Shown here: in pieces, positions 13,297 through 26,400 of the stretch
Layout of the letters: each line of letters starts with the position of its first letter
Numbering within the stretch: position 1 is the first letter of the stretch
Assembly (NCBI GenBank): GCA_013239625.1
Contig: MU054001.1
Span: forward strand, 2,052,151 to 2,116,150
DNA length: 64,000 bases
From: Lama guanicoe
Taxonomy: Eukaryota
Direction: 5' to 3'
The notes under the pieces: generated by a model
Databases searched by the model: none
The model's input: only the letters and a program-made list of their open reading frames with translations
What the model was told of the DNA's origin: nothing
Made by a program: the position numbers and the translations under genes

Positions 13297-13523
13297 TTAG
13301 TATTTGCAAATACTAACTACTAGATGTAAAATAGATAAACAAATTTCTTCTGTAGAGTACAGGAAACTATATTCTTGTAGTAACCTATAATGGAAGAGAA
13401 TATGAAAACGAATATATGTATGTATATGTCTGACTGAAACATTATACTGTACATCAGAAATTGACACAACGTTGTAAACTGTCTATATGCTTCAATTAGA
13501 AAAAGAGATTAAATCAGAAAACA
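13297..13523 (+). mobile_element. Short 5'-truncated lineage-specific L1 3' end
   Basis: Perfect 15-bp TSD aagaaactggggtag (13282-13296, 13524-13538); homologous to the L1 3'UTR copies at 30490-30690 and 38687-38900. Confidence 0.9.
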
Positions 13524-14809
13524 AAGAAACTGGGGTAGATTCTAAGTGTGTTTATAAATATCCTGATGCAGGATTCTCAGAGATTGGGAGGTGCAGACAG
13601 TGGGTAGGGAAGAGCCAAAGATATCAGCCACTACTAGAGATTTTAACTGGGAGTTCTCTCTGCCCAGGAAGTCCCCCTGTTCTGAATCCCAGCTGGACCA
13701 GTCTAGCCCTCTGGCTGCAGTTTTCCTTGGCAAGTCTTGGGCAAAGAGAAAGGGAGGAAGGATGGGGAGAAAGAAAGGAAAAGGAGGGGAGATGGGGAAA
13801 GAGAAGAGCACCATGAGCGATGATGTCCCTGGGTAGCAGCTTAGGTGTTTATGCTGATTAACAAGGACCGGGATCATTCCTTACGTTTGTCTGGGCTTCA
13901 CTGTTCGTGAGGTGTATTCACAGATGTCATTCATTGTCTTCTTTCCACAGCCCTCTGAGGAAGGCAAGACAGTACTTACTATTGTCTTTTAAAAACAGCT
14001 CTGATTGTTTTTATTTCTCATTGCAAACATGATACATGTTTCCCATAGAAATGCTACCAAACATAAACAAAAAGAAGAAAAAAATCTACTCACTCAGAGA
14101 TAGAACCTGTTAACACCTTGATGTATAATCTTTCTCCATTTCCCCCGCTGTATATTTAGTATTCTTATTTTACAGGTGAAGACGAGGCTCAGGGAGAGTG
14201 AGTGTTTGTGTGTCTGTTTCTTTCTTTGTTCATGTAATTATTTCTTTCTAACAAAAAGTACTTGAGGTGTTGGGTTGACACAGCAGGGAGAGACTGACCC
14301 ATACTGGGACCCGCATCTTCAGACTCTTATCTTGAATTCATACGGCTTTTTCTGCTGCTTCAGCTAACGAAACCTCATGAATAAGAATTTGTCTCCTCCC
14401 AGAGTAGCATGGCTTAAGCACCAAGCAACATGGGGGCTGGCTCTGGAGAGACTGGTAGGAAGGCAGATTGTGGATGGGAAGCAATGGAAACCTGCTAGAA
14501 CCCAGGACAGATGGACACACTTTCTGATGCCACATTCTGATGCCCAACCTAACAGATGACAATTAGCAGCCACCAGATGTAAAGTGACTGTAAATGCTGC
14601 TTTGAATAAAATGAGTGTGTTTTTTTTTTTATGCATTTAGCAAAACATTTAAAAATCCAACAGTGAATGTTTGTTGGCAGCCCAGAGGCTATGTGACACC
14701 GGGAGGGGCTGGTGATTTGCCATGGATGAAGGATCCTGGTGGTTTGCTCTCTCCAGCTAGAGAAAGAAGCTCTCGCCTAGAAAGAGGAAAGCCCATTCAG
14801 AGGTGCTAC

Positions 14810-15450
14810 TGTCTTGCTGCCTGACCTTGAACCAGTTCCTCCACTTGGTCATCGGTTTCCCCCTCTGTAATGGTGTCCCTGCTTCCGTTCTTGCCCCACT
14901 CCAACTCCCACCCTGTGCCCATTCTCTACACAGTCTCTTGGAGCAATTTTTAAAAATGCAAATTCGTTTGAATCAATCTCCAGCTTTAAAATCCTCCTAC
15001 ATCAGCTTGCAGCAATGGGAGTAAAACTCTAAGTCCTTATGGGATGAAGAACCAGGCAGTAAGATAGAACCATCTAGCACCCACCTACTTCTCCAGCTGT
15101 ATCTTTTACCACACTCTCCCTTGATCAGCAAGATGCAGCCCCACCTCCATGAGCAAACGGGGTTTTCTGGCTCAGGAGCTTTCCATGTCCCCCTCCCCTC
15201 TGCTGGGAACTCTCTTTCCCCAGAGAATATGGTGGGGTCTTCATCATCCAGGTCACAGCTCAAATGTTACTTTCTTTCCTGATCACCCAGCTTAGGGGGC
15301 CACCCCTGCCCCTGTTTGTTCTCAATGGCTTAACTCTTATTTTATTTCTTTTCTCTTACTCACCACTATCGACTTAACAGTCATTTCCCTCCTGCCCTCT
15401 TTACCCCCATACCCACACAGATACCTAGAGTGTAAGCTCAACAAGGGCCC
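14810..15450 (+). mobile_element. L2 fragment
   Basis: Degenerate L2 motifs (cttccgttcttgccccactccaa...ctagagtgtaagctc). Confidence 0.55.
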
Positions 15451-15869
15451 CTTCTGATGAGACTTTTTGATTAATCAATATAACTTCCCATCACGTGTCC
15501 TAAAAGTTAAGACGTGCAATCAACAAAAAGATCCTTCATGTTATTTTCTCTTGTCCTTCTTTGCAGACCCAACGTGTTTTTTTTGGGGGGGGGGCAAATG
15601 CTCTGCTTTGTTTTATATGTCTTCAGAGTTAGCATTCATATATATGTCTTCCAGGGTTAGATTGTATCGAAATGCCTGCAACCATATTTCTGTCCAACAT
15701 CCCAAGTTAAAAGGGGAGATATCTCAGGATAAGTCTAAGGATTTTTGGCATACAGTCCTTTCTATAAAAAGACAGTAGCTGTTAAGACACTTGATGGTTG
15801 TTAAGATGCTACCATTGCCCCCTCCTCCTTCCCCTTCAATTCATACCTTCTTTTCTTCCAACTGCTAGG

Positions 15870-16762
15870 ACTCGCATTTCTTTGCCTGAGAATTTTCTCT
15901 GACTTTAGGCTTTCACTGGCCACGGAAGCCCACATGGCACAGGGAATTAACACTCTGCTGCCCTCACCGGGAGCAGCTGTCAACCAACTGATGGCTGATA
16001 GGAATTGCGGGTAAGTACCCCACCCCCCTGACCACTCGGATGGGATGACTCTGATGTGTATATTCAGCTCTGTCTTTCAGAGTCCTCGGCAGGACTGAGC
16101 TCCATTTTCCTACAGTGGTGATTGACTCAGTAACGCATCCTATGTCTGCTGCCTTCATTTCCTGTCTCAGTTCCCACTCCTTTTTTTAATTGAAGTATAG
16201 TTGATACACAATATTTTGTAAGTTACAGGTGTACAATATAGTGATTCACAGCTTTTAAAGGTTGTACTCCATTTATGGTTATTACAAAATATTGGCTGCG
16301 TTCCCTGTGCTGTACAGTATATCCTTGTCACTTATTTTAACGTAGTAGTTTGTATCTCTTACTCCCCTGCCCCTGTCTTGCTGCTCCTCCCTTCCCTCTC
16401 CCCACTGGTAACCTCTAGTTTGTTCTCCATATCTGTGAGTCTGCTTCTTTTTTGTTTTATTCACTACTTGTAGTTTTTAGATTCCACATACAATAGAGAT
16501 CATACAGTGTTTGTCTTTGTCAGTGTTGACTTATTTCACTAAGCATAATACTCTCCAAGTCCATCCATGTTGCTGCAAGTGGCAACATTCTATTCTTTTT
16601 CTGATGAACAGTATTGACTTCTGAATAGTACTTGATAGTATTCCATTGTATACATTCACTTCTCACTCTTTTACCTGTGCTTCCTGGAATCATCTCCCAA
16701 GTAAACAACTTGATCTTGAATCCTTGTCTCAGGGTTTGTTTCTGGGAGAACCCAAATGAGAT
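15870..16762 (+). mobile_element. ERVL LTR (LTR16-like), split by an L1 insertion
   Basis: LTR16-type end gaatccttgtctcagggtttgtttctgggagaacccaaatgagat; the halves join across 16181-16655. Confidence 0.7.
16181..16655 (-). mobile_element. 5'-truncated L1 3' end
   Basis: Poly-T at 16181, L1 3'UTR; degenerate TSD tcagttcccactcc / tcacttctcactct (16167-16180, 16656-16669). Confidence 0.85.
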
Positions 16763-17094
16763 GGCATTGAAGTTTGTGTGTGTTGCCCATTACCAAAAAG
16801 GCATTATACCACGCATACTATTTTTTGTATGATTTGCTTTTTTTCAGCCATCGTTAACCATATCAATACATGCTGATCAATACAGACTAACCTACTTCAT
16901 TTCTTTTATGAGTGAGATTCTCTTATTCTAACTGGAAGTATGGAGTTTTAAAATTTATATTATACTTAAATATATTAAAGTATATATTGTATATAGTTAT
17001 AGTATATAGTTATAGTATATATTATACTTTTTTCCCCCTGGTTTTCTTGGAACCCTCCATGACTCTAAGAGATCATGTGCCCCTTCCTCTATGT

Positions 17095-17303
17095 CTGGGC
17101 TTTTCAGTCTCAGCACTCTTGACATTTTGGTCTACGTATTTCTTTGTTGTGGGTGGCTGCCCTGTGCATTGTGGGATGTTTAGTGGCGTCTCTGGTCTCT
17201 ACTGACAAGATCCCTGTTGCACACTTCCAGGTGGGACATCCAAAAATGTCTTCAGAATCACCAAATGCCCCCGGGAGAAAATGGTCCCCAGTTGAGGCCA
17301 CTG
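17095..17303 (+). mobile_element. MER20 (hAT-Charlie) non-autonomous DNA transposon
   Basis: ttgacattttgg...ctgccctgtgcattgtgggatgtttag...ccccagttgaggccactg. Confidence 0.85.
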
Positions 17304-17475
17304 CTGTATGCATACCTCAGTTCTACTCCAATCTAGGGCTGTGTCCAATTTCAGTCACACTCTCTTGGGTGTTATGATACATCCTAACTGAGAAGTTACA
17401 CATTCAAAGATTATTCCAAAGAGTGCTGGCGAAACATGCTTTTGGTGTTCTGCTATCCATTGTCCCCCAGGGATT

Positions 17476-18143
17476 TGTATCACGTTTACCCAAGTTGGAG
17501 CTGTATTTCCCCAAATTCCTTTCCTTGAATTTTCCAGATTTCCTTTCCTTGCATGGTTCTGGATTAAGCTTGGTTATGAGAGAAAACTCTGTAAGATTTG
17601 GAAGGTGGAGGGGATGTGGCTGCCTGTTTCTATGGAAGGTGGTACAGGGTCAGGCGCTGCTGTAGCTCCTGCTGGATAACCTGGGTCTGCTGATCACGTG
17701 GACCAGTGGGGGTGGGGGTAGGGCAGTGGGGGCCATGGCTCCTCCCAGTCCTGCTGGCTCCTCCTTCAGCTTCTCTGAATTCTGCATCAGGCTAGTGTAG
17801 GTGCCCCTCAGCAAGTCACCTGTATCAGTGATGCTGCAGGCTTGGAGGTGGTGAGAAACTAATGTGGGTTCCCGTGGGACCCAGACACCCATTCCCTTCA
17901 TTCCTTGTGGTCCCAGAATATTCTTCTAGTTCCATTTTGGCCTTATTCACCCTCATGTCATGTGTACCTTCCTTTTGCAATGGCTAAGCCTGCTGACTTC
18001 AGGACCAGACACAGGGCAACAGACCTTTACAGATGACTAACTGACTGGCTCCTGGATCACTGATGACCTAAGCCCTATAACACACCTGTCTTTTCGCTCA
18101 TTGTGGCTCTGCTTCTCTGATGGAAACCTAGCTGATTGATACA
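17476..18143 (+). mobile_element. ERVL-class solo LTR (family uncertain)
   Basis: Starts tgtatc, ends gtggctctgcttctctgatggaaacctagctgattgataca, typical of ERVL LTR termini. Confidence 0.55.
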
Positions 18144-19924
18144 CAACCCCTTGGGTGCTCAGGTACATCCTGACTGAGAAATCACACATTCAGATTGTTC
18201 AAATGTGCCCTGATGCCATCATTTTAATGCAGCTTTTTGAGTTTTGCTCCTTATGGTTCCTTGGGAACCATCAGAGGAAGGAAAACTAGTTCATTGCTCT
18301 CTCTCTCTCTCTTTTTTAAATCTGTTGCAACTGTTGCCCTGGAGTATCAGGAGCCTTTAATATTGACTCAGAATTGCATGGTGGGAGAATCAAGAGAAGA
18401 TTCAGCACCTGGCAGGAATTTTCCACAGAAACTCTCTAAAAACTCGACATTTGAAAGTGTCCATCTCCTCTGAGGGTGTGGGCCCTCTTTTTCCCCAAAT
18501 TTACTCAGGGCCACTTCCTCCTTCTCAGGCAGGTGTCCTGTCCTAGTACACAAGGGGTTAATGGACCCAACTGCCTGTGGACTCCATGGGTTATTCCATA
18601 TTTATTTCAATTATCTAAGTATACTGGGCCAGTGTATTTACTTTAAATCACATTATCTACAGCTTCCCAAGCATGTGTCAACAAAAAGAACGGTTTCAAT
18701 TTAGTAGACTTTGAATGGTGTGCAGTTTATCCTCACTTCAATTATACCCTCTACAGTAAGTCATGGGCAGCTTCAGGATTATTCAGGGCAGCGTAATGCT
18801 ATCTGAAAGCATTGATTTTCCCCTCTTGTTCAAGAACAGTTCACTGAAGGATGCACTGGAGTCTCCTTTAAGGAAATAAAAATACATTTCTCAGCTGTAA
18901 CTTCTGAGAAATCTCAATCTTAGTGGCTCTTGGATGAGGCTGCTGGAGAAGTTTCTAACCTTTAAACAAAGTTGTGCAGGGCTGGTTGCAAAGAAGTGAC
19001 CGTAGCAGGAATCGTGTTTCTTGGCTTGAAGTGGTGGGAGATGGATGGAGCAAAGGCAGAAGTGGATGTCAGAGAATTTCTGCACTATGTCTGCTTATAA
19101 ATAAATAAATCTTTGTTGGACACCTACTATGTCTGAAGTATGTAGGAGCTGGGGATACAGTGGTTAAGAATAAAGACCAGAGCTGACTTCATTGGCATGT
19201 GACCTGTGCTTTTGCCCAAGTCTACGTGCTTATGAGGGTCCCATGCTTGGGACACTTGAAAGCTCGAGTTCCGTAGACCCTGGCCTTCTAGAATTTGGTA
19301 AATATCCCTCTGCAGACTCAGACAGGTTGTGATTTTGTAGAGTTGGTAACTCTTTTGTCTCTCTTCTTCCAAAGCTATAGAGAACTGTTCTATTAAAGTC
19401 TCTTTACAGGTGAATAGGAAACTCCACACTGTTTGAAATGGGAAAAAAAATTGAAATCCATTTACTTGGCTGAAACATTTGCAATGGGAAGTCTTGGGGA
19501 ACAGTGGGACTGGACGTGCTGGGCTTGGGTGGGGGAAGAACCACCAGAAAAGAGTATTTGAACAGCCCCATAAATCACATTTTAAAAGACCATATGTTTA
19601 CTGATTTAATTTCTCTGGACAAACAGAAGAAAAAAGTAAAATAAAAGAATAGTAAACTCTACAAGTGACCCTCATTTGGTGCCATTTTTGCAGTAGTATC
19701 CTGTTGACACCTCATTTTAATGATTGGGTTAAAAGTTTCAAGCAGACTTGACTTTCACAGTCTTTAAGCACAGGGAATAACATTGAGCTCAGTGACAGTA
19801 GCAAGATTTAAAAAAATATTTTACCTCTTTTAGTCAATTAAACTGAGTTACATTTATGGATTTTCTAATATTAAACCATTTGTGTATTTCTGGGATTAGT
19901 TTAGTTTGGTTGTGTTTTGTTTTC

Positions 19925-20842
19925 ATCATTTAAACTGCATTTAAGTGTAAAATTCAGAGGCATTCAGTATATTCACAATGTCCTGCAACCATTTTCAGAA
20001 CTTTTTCATCATCCCAAACTCTGTAACCATTAAACCATAACTCTTCTCTGCCCCATCGAATCCCCTAGTAACCTCTGTTGTTCTTTCTGGCTCTACATGA
20101 ATTTGCTTATTCCAGGTACCTCATATGACTGAGCTTCTACAATATTTGTCCTTTTGTGTCTGGCTTATTTCACTTAGCATAATGTTTTCAAAGCTTGTGT
20201 TGCAGCATGCACCAGTTTCGTTCTATTTTTTTTAAGGCTGAATAATATTTCATTGTAGGCATATATCACATTTAAAAAATTGAGATATAATTGACATATA
20301 ACATATTCATTTTAGGTGTACAACATAGTAATTTGATATAGGTATTTATGATCACCACAGTAAGTTTAGTTAACATTCATCACCTCACGTAGTTATAATT
20401 TTTCTCTTGTGATGAGAAATTTTAAGATTTACTCTCTTAGTAGCTTTCAAGTATACAATACAGTATTAACTACAGTCACCATTCTGTACATTACATCCCA
20501 GGACTTATGATCTTATAACTTCACATTTGTACCTTTCTGACCACCTTCACCCAATTTGCCCACCCCTGCCTCTGGTGACCACCAGTCTGTTTTCTGTGTC
20601 TATGAGGTTTAAGAAAAAAAATTTTTTTAGATTCTCCATGTAAGTGCAATCATACAGTATTTGTCTTTCTCTGTCTGACTTACTTCACTTAGCATAACAC
20701 CCTCAAGATCCATTCATGACATAAATGGCAGGGTTTTCTCCTTTTTTGTAGAATAATATGTACCATATTTTTTTTAATCCGTTCATCTGTTGCTGGGTAT
20801 TTGGGTTGTTTCCACCTTTTGGTTATTGTGGGCAATGCGAAC
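19925..20842 (-). mobile_element. L1MB-like 3' end containing a second L1 3' end (~20275-20755)
   Basis: Two consecutive L1 3'UTRs in the same orientation; host sequence resumes at ~20756. Confidence 0.8.
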
Positions 20843-22979
20843 AGTGGGATTTTTGCCTGGAAAAGAAATGGGTGTGCTTTTGCCCTTCTGTCTATATTTT
20901 GCTCACCTTCTGATTGAGAGGAGTGGTTGGGATTTGGATCTTGTCCCTGCTTCCAGTGCCTCTGTCTAAGTGGGAAGACTGTGCCCTTTATTATAGCCGA
21001 TGGGCTAGAGCAGTGGTTAAGCTTGTGGTTTTGGAATCAGATAGCTGTGATTTCAAATTCTGCTTCCACCAGTTTGAAGCCAAGGAACTTGTGGCAATCG
21101 TTTTAGCCTCTCAAAGCCTTGGTGACTCATTTGTGGGAGGGAGGCTATTAGACCTACTTGGAAGAGTTGCTGCAGGAATTGAGGTAGTGTTGGAAAACCC
21201 TTAGCTCACTTGGCATTGCTGAGAGCCTGACTGTGTAGAAACACTCAGTAAACAGTTCTTACTGGTCAGAACCGCCAAGCAGAACACTGGAGGGGGAGAA
21301 CCCTTGCCTTTACAAAGTAGGGGCTTCTGGGACAAGCTCTCCTTTGCTGATGAAAAGACTAATATGCTTAGAATGTCAAAGCTTGAAAGGAACTTAGTGG
21401 GACCCCAAATGTCTGATCTACAGCACTATGTGCAGGACTTTGTGATGCAGGTACAGTGGATGGGAACCACTCCAGGCCAGCTGAGTCGCAGTCTCTAGGG
21501 AGAGACTTGGAAATATACACCCCAAAAATCTGAGGTGATTTTGAGGAGTGATCATGCTTGGGAGCCTCTTTTTTGTCCCCTCCTTTAAAAAAAATACTTT
21601 AGGTGGTTTGTAAACCACCAATGGACCTATCCATTGGTTAAAGTCTTCTGTATAAACTGGACTTTTGCTTTATGTTAATTTAAGAACAGTAAGACTGAGG
21701 AAGGAATCACTGATGTTTCAGAAACCCATAGTTTTTAGAAAAGGAAACTTTCTCCAAAAGTAATTATGAAAATGTCATAAAAAGGTGAAAGATTTTCGAG
21801 GAGAGTCAGACATAAAAATTACATTTTGCAAATTGTACTTGGAACGAATCATTTTAATTCAAGTCTCTATTCCCAAGCCTAAATCCTGTATGCCCCTGTA
21901 ACCTCAGAATGTTCAGTTCATTCTTGTCAACTACTTTCTTCTCTGATATGGCCCAAATATGCCACTGAAGTAAGAGCTACTTAACAGGAGCCACCTGGGG
22001 ACTACGTATGTGAATCCTGGGAGGTGAGCCTGTGCATAGAATTTGGTAGTCACGGTGGGCCAGCAGGCAATCTTTTACACTTCCTTCTTTGTCTGCGTGA
22101 AAGGCTGTCTTTCCAAAGAGGAAAATCTCTCTCCAGCATGCTTGAAGGCAGTCCTATGAGTTGGCTTTATTTATTCATTCACCTATTCATTCCACAAATA
22201 TTTATGAAACACCTGCTGTGTGCTGATGGAACTAGGGATGTACTGGTGAATCACACTGATGCAATCCCTACAAAGTTGGAGCTTAATATTGCGAGGCAAG
22301 AAACTTCATACTGGTAATTACAAGTGTGAATCAAGCGATGGAAAAGCAGTAGTGGGTGTTATGGACGCGTGACCGCACACCATAAGTTAGAAATGAGGGC
22401 AGAAAAGGACGTCTTCCTAGGTGATTTTGAGGGATGAGTCATTGGCATTCGTCTCCTAGTGTTACCTAATTGGAGTATATGAAGAATGAATGTAGGCTGT
22501 CTCTGTGATACTAATTCTCCTGGGGGAGGAGTATTCCCTGTCTGATGAGAAATAATTGATTTGTCCATTTGGACATTCATTAAATATAACCATAATGTGA
22601 GTCAAGTTGATGTCAACTGTTTCCACATGTAAAAATAAATTTTCGTCCTGGAATGCAGTGATGGGAGACTCAGGGGGCTACTGACAGGCAACAGGGCCCT
22701 GAGTCTAGAAGGGCGTCGTGCACTTAGGGGAGAACAGGTGATGGTGTAACACTGAAAAAGTACTAACCGTGTGTTTTTCGTTTCTTGCATTTTCTCTCCA
22801 GTTCTTGGTGCTTCTCTGTCTAGTTAGTCAGACACTCCATTTTGCTGTCTTTGCTGAAATTCAGAGAAAAGAGTCTCTTCTTGGTTTTGAGTTTTGAAAA
22901 TCTTGGCTTTAGAGGAGCAGAAAGGATTTGAGTTGCATAAGAGGATAACTTCTTGTTCCTAACAGGGGAAAGGATTTCC

Positions 22980-23427
22980 CAGGTGTGTGGGTCATTGCGG
23001 GCTTGCTCTGAAACCTGCTTCTCACCCTTCTGCTGCTCTGCTCTGCACTGCAGGGTTGACCCCCGCAGACACTGTTCCCAGGCTCTCCTGCCCAGCTTTG
23101 TCTACAAGGTGACACAGGCGTCGTGGCAGGAGGTGAGAGGAGGGAACATCAGGGCGTTTCTCCCTCTTTTCTCTCTGCTTCTGGTAGCATCTCTGACAGC
23201 AGCTGCATCACCTCCGTGGTTCCAGCTCCCAGCAGGTGTCATCCTCTCTCTGGTTCCAGCCCATAGGGAGCATCTGGGCTCTTCCCTTCGTCCTTGCAGC
23301 TCTCCAGGTTGCCTGGTTATCTCTGACAGCCCCGTCAGCTTTTCCAACACCTCTGCAACTTGTTCTCCACATTAATACCTTCAGTGTGGTCTTAATTCTA
23401 TTTTCTTGGCTGAGTGCTGACTGATGC
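22980..23427 (+). mobile_element. ERVL LTR (LTR33-like)
   Basis: cccttctgctgctctgctctg...tggcaggaggtgagagg...attttcttggctgagtgctgactgatg. Confidence 0.6.
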
Positions 23428-26400
23428 CCTGAAGTTGTCAGGAGGGCCCATGAGGAAGAAGAAATGTGGACGGGTCCTGGGCCAAAGGAAGCAGAGCTAA
23501 AGGGCCCACTTGTATGGACCAGAGGGGAGTTTCCTTTCAGGCACTGCTTGGCCTCCATTTGAGCACCTGTTCAAGTGAGCACCATGGATTGCAGCACCCA
23601 GGGGCTGGGGGATTCACATCCTCCGATCATTAGTTGTCCTAACCTTTGGCAACCAGCAAAGACTCCTCTTGGCTAGCAGCCGCAGTGACCTTGTTTGTGC
23701 CCCCGCAACTTGGTTCTGTGTAGACAACCTCCATCCTAGACTTCTGGGCACTCCTAAGTCCTCAGGACAGAGGATGGAGCCCTAGCTTTACATACACCTC
23801 ATAGCCCAGGCCCTGTAAAGTAAGAACATTTGCATCTCGTTTTGCTTTCTATTCAAGAACTGAAAAAGTGAAAGCTGGGAATTACCTTAGACACCATCTA
23901 ACCCAAATTTTTCATTTGCAAATGAGGATGTTGAGGACCAGCGTAGGGTTCTCAGCTGCCCAAGAACTCCTAGCTCGTGTTGCATCGACTGCGTTTTGGT
24001 GCCTATTAGCATCTTTTATGGAGAATCTCCACTGGTACCTTTTACACCCTGTCTAATCACATATATTCCACATTTTATATTATTGTGTGTTTGAGAGTTG
24101 AAAGCAGCTACCAAACAGAAGTCTGCATGTGCCTGTATCTTTATCAATTCATGCATATTCGGTAGTATAAAAAAAAAGGTCCAAAATCTATTTTGGGGTT
24201 CTGCAAAAGAGAACTCTTTCCAGAATGACATTTGAACTGTTAAATATCATCTCAAATCTCATTTTGGGGGCTATCACCTTCTAAAAGCCTTGCACGAGGC
24301 TAAAGTGGATTAAGGTTGAAAATTTCCAGAGGCTTTGTCTCAGATCAGTGAAGTACTTCTAATCACTTTCTATCATTATCAAAACCAGAACAGCTTCTGA
24401 ATCTCATGGTTCACTGTCATTATTTAGAAGAATTGTGTACCAGGGTTGAGAGAATAATTGCTGACCAGAATTCCTGTTATCAAAACAAATTTTATCAGGA
24501 AAAAAAGATCTGCATCCTTGACTTTATTAGATTGGATCATTTTTTAAAAGAAGGATAGGGACTCCTAATTATTTTGTTTTCTGTCCCTCTGTCTTTCTAA
24601 AAAAAAAAAAAGTTCCAAGGGCTCAGTGTTGAAGCTTTCAACTGTTTTGTGTTTAAGATCCTAAGCAATATGTCTGAATAGTTGGGAGGCACCCATATTT
24701 TGCAGCACTCTCCCACCCCCCTGGAAATGAATTCTTCACCTTTAATAAGGTGATCTGTCCAGACCTAGGTAGGTTATCTGGGAAATAATTTGGCAGGTAA
24801 ATGCAAAACCAAGATCATCTCAATTCTATTCCTTGTGAAATTCCAAGCAGCCTTACTAAGGACTCAGGCATAAAAGTTTAGAATCTGTATCTTTGCATGA
24901 ATTTAATCATCTCCATCAGAATCCTTAAGGAATTACAATAACAGTGATTCATTCATAATTCACAATTTCCATTATCTTCTTTCTACATCTAGTGTGGGGG
25001 GTAAAATTTATGGCTTCATTTACATTGTGTTCTATGAATAATAGAAGAAATACAGTAAAGACCCATGGAAATGTTCTTGCTGCAGACGCACTTTGGAGCA
25101 CATCTGCATCACAATAGCCTCCTCGCCTTTGTACAGTGCAGAATCCACCGAGCCTGCAGCTGCGAAGGGAACATTTCAAAGGGGCCATTCTCATTATACA
25201 GAGTCTTCTCTTTCTTTGAACTTCAAAGCAGAATGAGGAGACCCTAAATGAAATTGGGTAGGTAAATGGTGAAATTGTAACTTCAGGTATAAAAGATCTT
25301 CAATTATGTGTATGGGGAAACACAGCCATCCCGCAGAGCAAATATGTTTGCTCAGAATCAGATCTGGCTGGCAGACAGGAACAAATTTCATCTCAAGATT
25401 TCTTTGAGCTGTTGGGGTCTTACAGATAGTCTACCTCAAAGCCCTCCTTTTGCAAATGGGGAAACTAAGGCATAGAGAAATATAGTGACTTATTCAAGAT
25501 CGTATAGTAGAGGGAGGGCCAGGAACGCAATCAGACCCCTCCCTCCCGGTCCAGTGTTCTTTTCCAGTATACCACACTACCTTTGTTTTAAACACAAAGC
25601 ACCTGGCTTCGTGACATAGCAATAAAGCTCGCAGTAATCCTCTTGGCGAGGGATTTTCAAACATGGAGCAAAGGAGTTTTCAAGGATTTCCCCCTGAAAT
25701 AATAATCTCTCTCAATTGAAAATCTTCACTGAAAAACATTTTGAGATTTGAAGAAAGAAATTTGTCATAGTTCTGCGATTAAGTAAATCTCATTTTTCTT
25801 CTTCCAAGGAATGACAATAAAGCTGATGAAAACCTTACGACGTTCAGATTTCTCCCCCTGGTGTCTAGTTGTAGCCCAGTGCTTTATCACCACTCCATCC
25901 GCAGAAGAGTAAAAACCCACCCATCTAGTTACAGAAATGGTCTGTCCTTTGAATCAGTAGCTTTCCAGCGAGCATATGGAACACGACCTAGCCAAGCCAA
26001 ACTCCTTTCACATAGTAGAGGTTCAACGAGTTTTGGCTGAAAAGATTAAATTAAAAAGTGTGCATTTACTTTTAGTTGTTGGAAGCTATAAAGAATTGCT
26101 TCTCAAACCTATTATGTTCATCACTCCCTTTTCTGTGCCATGCTTTCTACTTTCCCATCAGTGGTCTTTTCCTCTTTTGTTTTTGAGGAAAACACAAACC
26201 ACAGAAAATCAGAATATCTATCTATCTATCTATCCATCCATCTGTCTAAGGGCATTGGGAAAGATCTCTTGTTTCTTACAAAAAACTCCCGTGGTACATT
26301 CTGTCTCTAATTTTATGGAAGTAACTCAGATACCACGTTAGTAGGGGGAGGCCTTTTGTAGCTGGAAAGGGCAACTGGTATTAGTAGGCAAAACACATAC

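Noticed and set aside
22953..23558. ORFs of 116-140 aa
   Set aside because: Lie largely within an LTR33-like element; no recognisable protein similarity.
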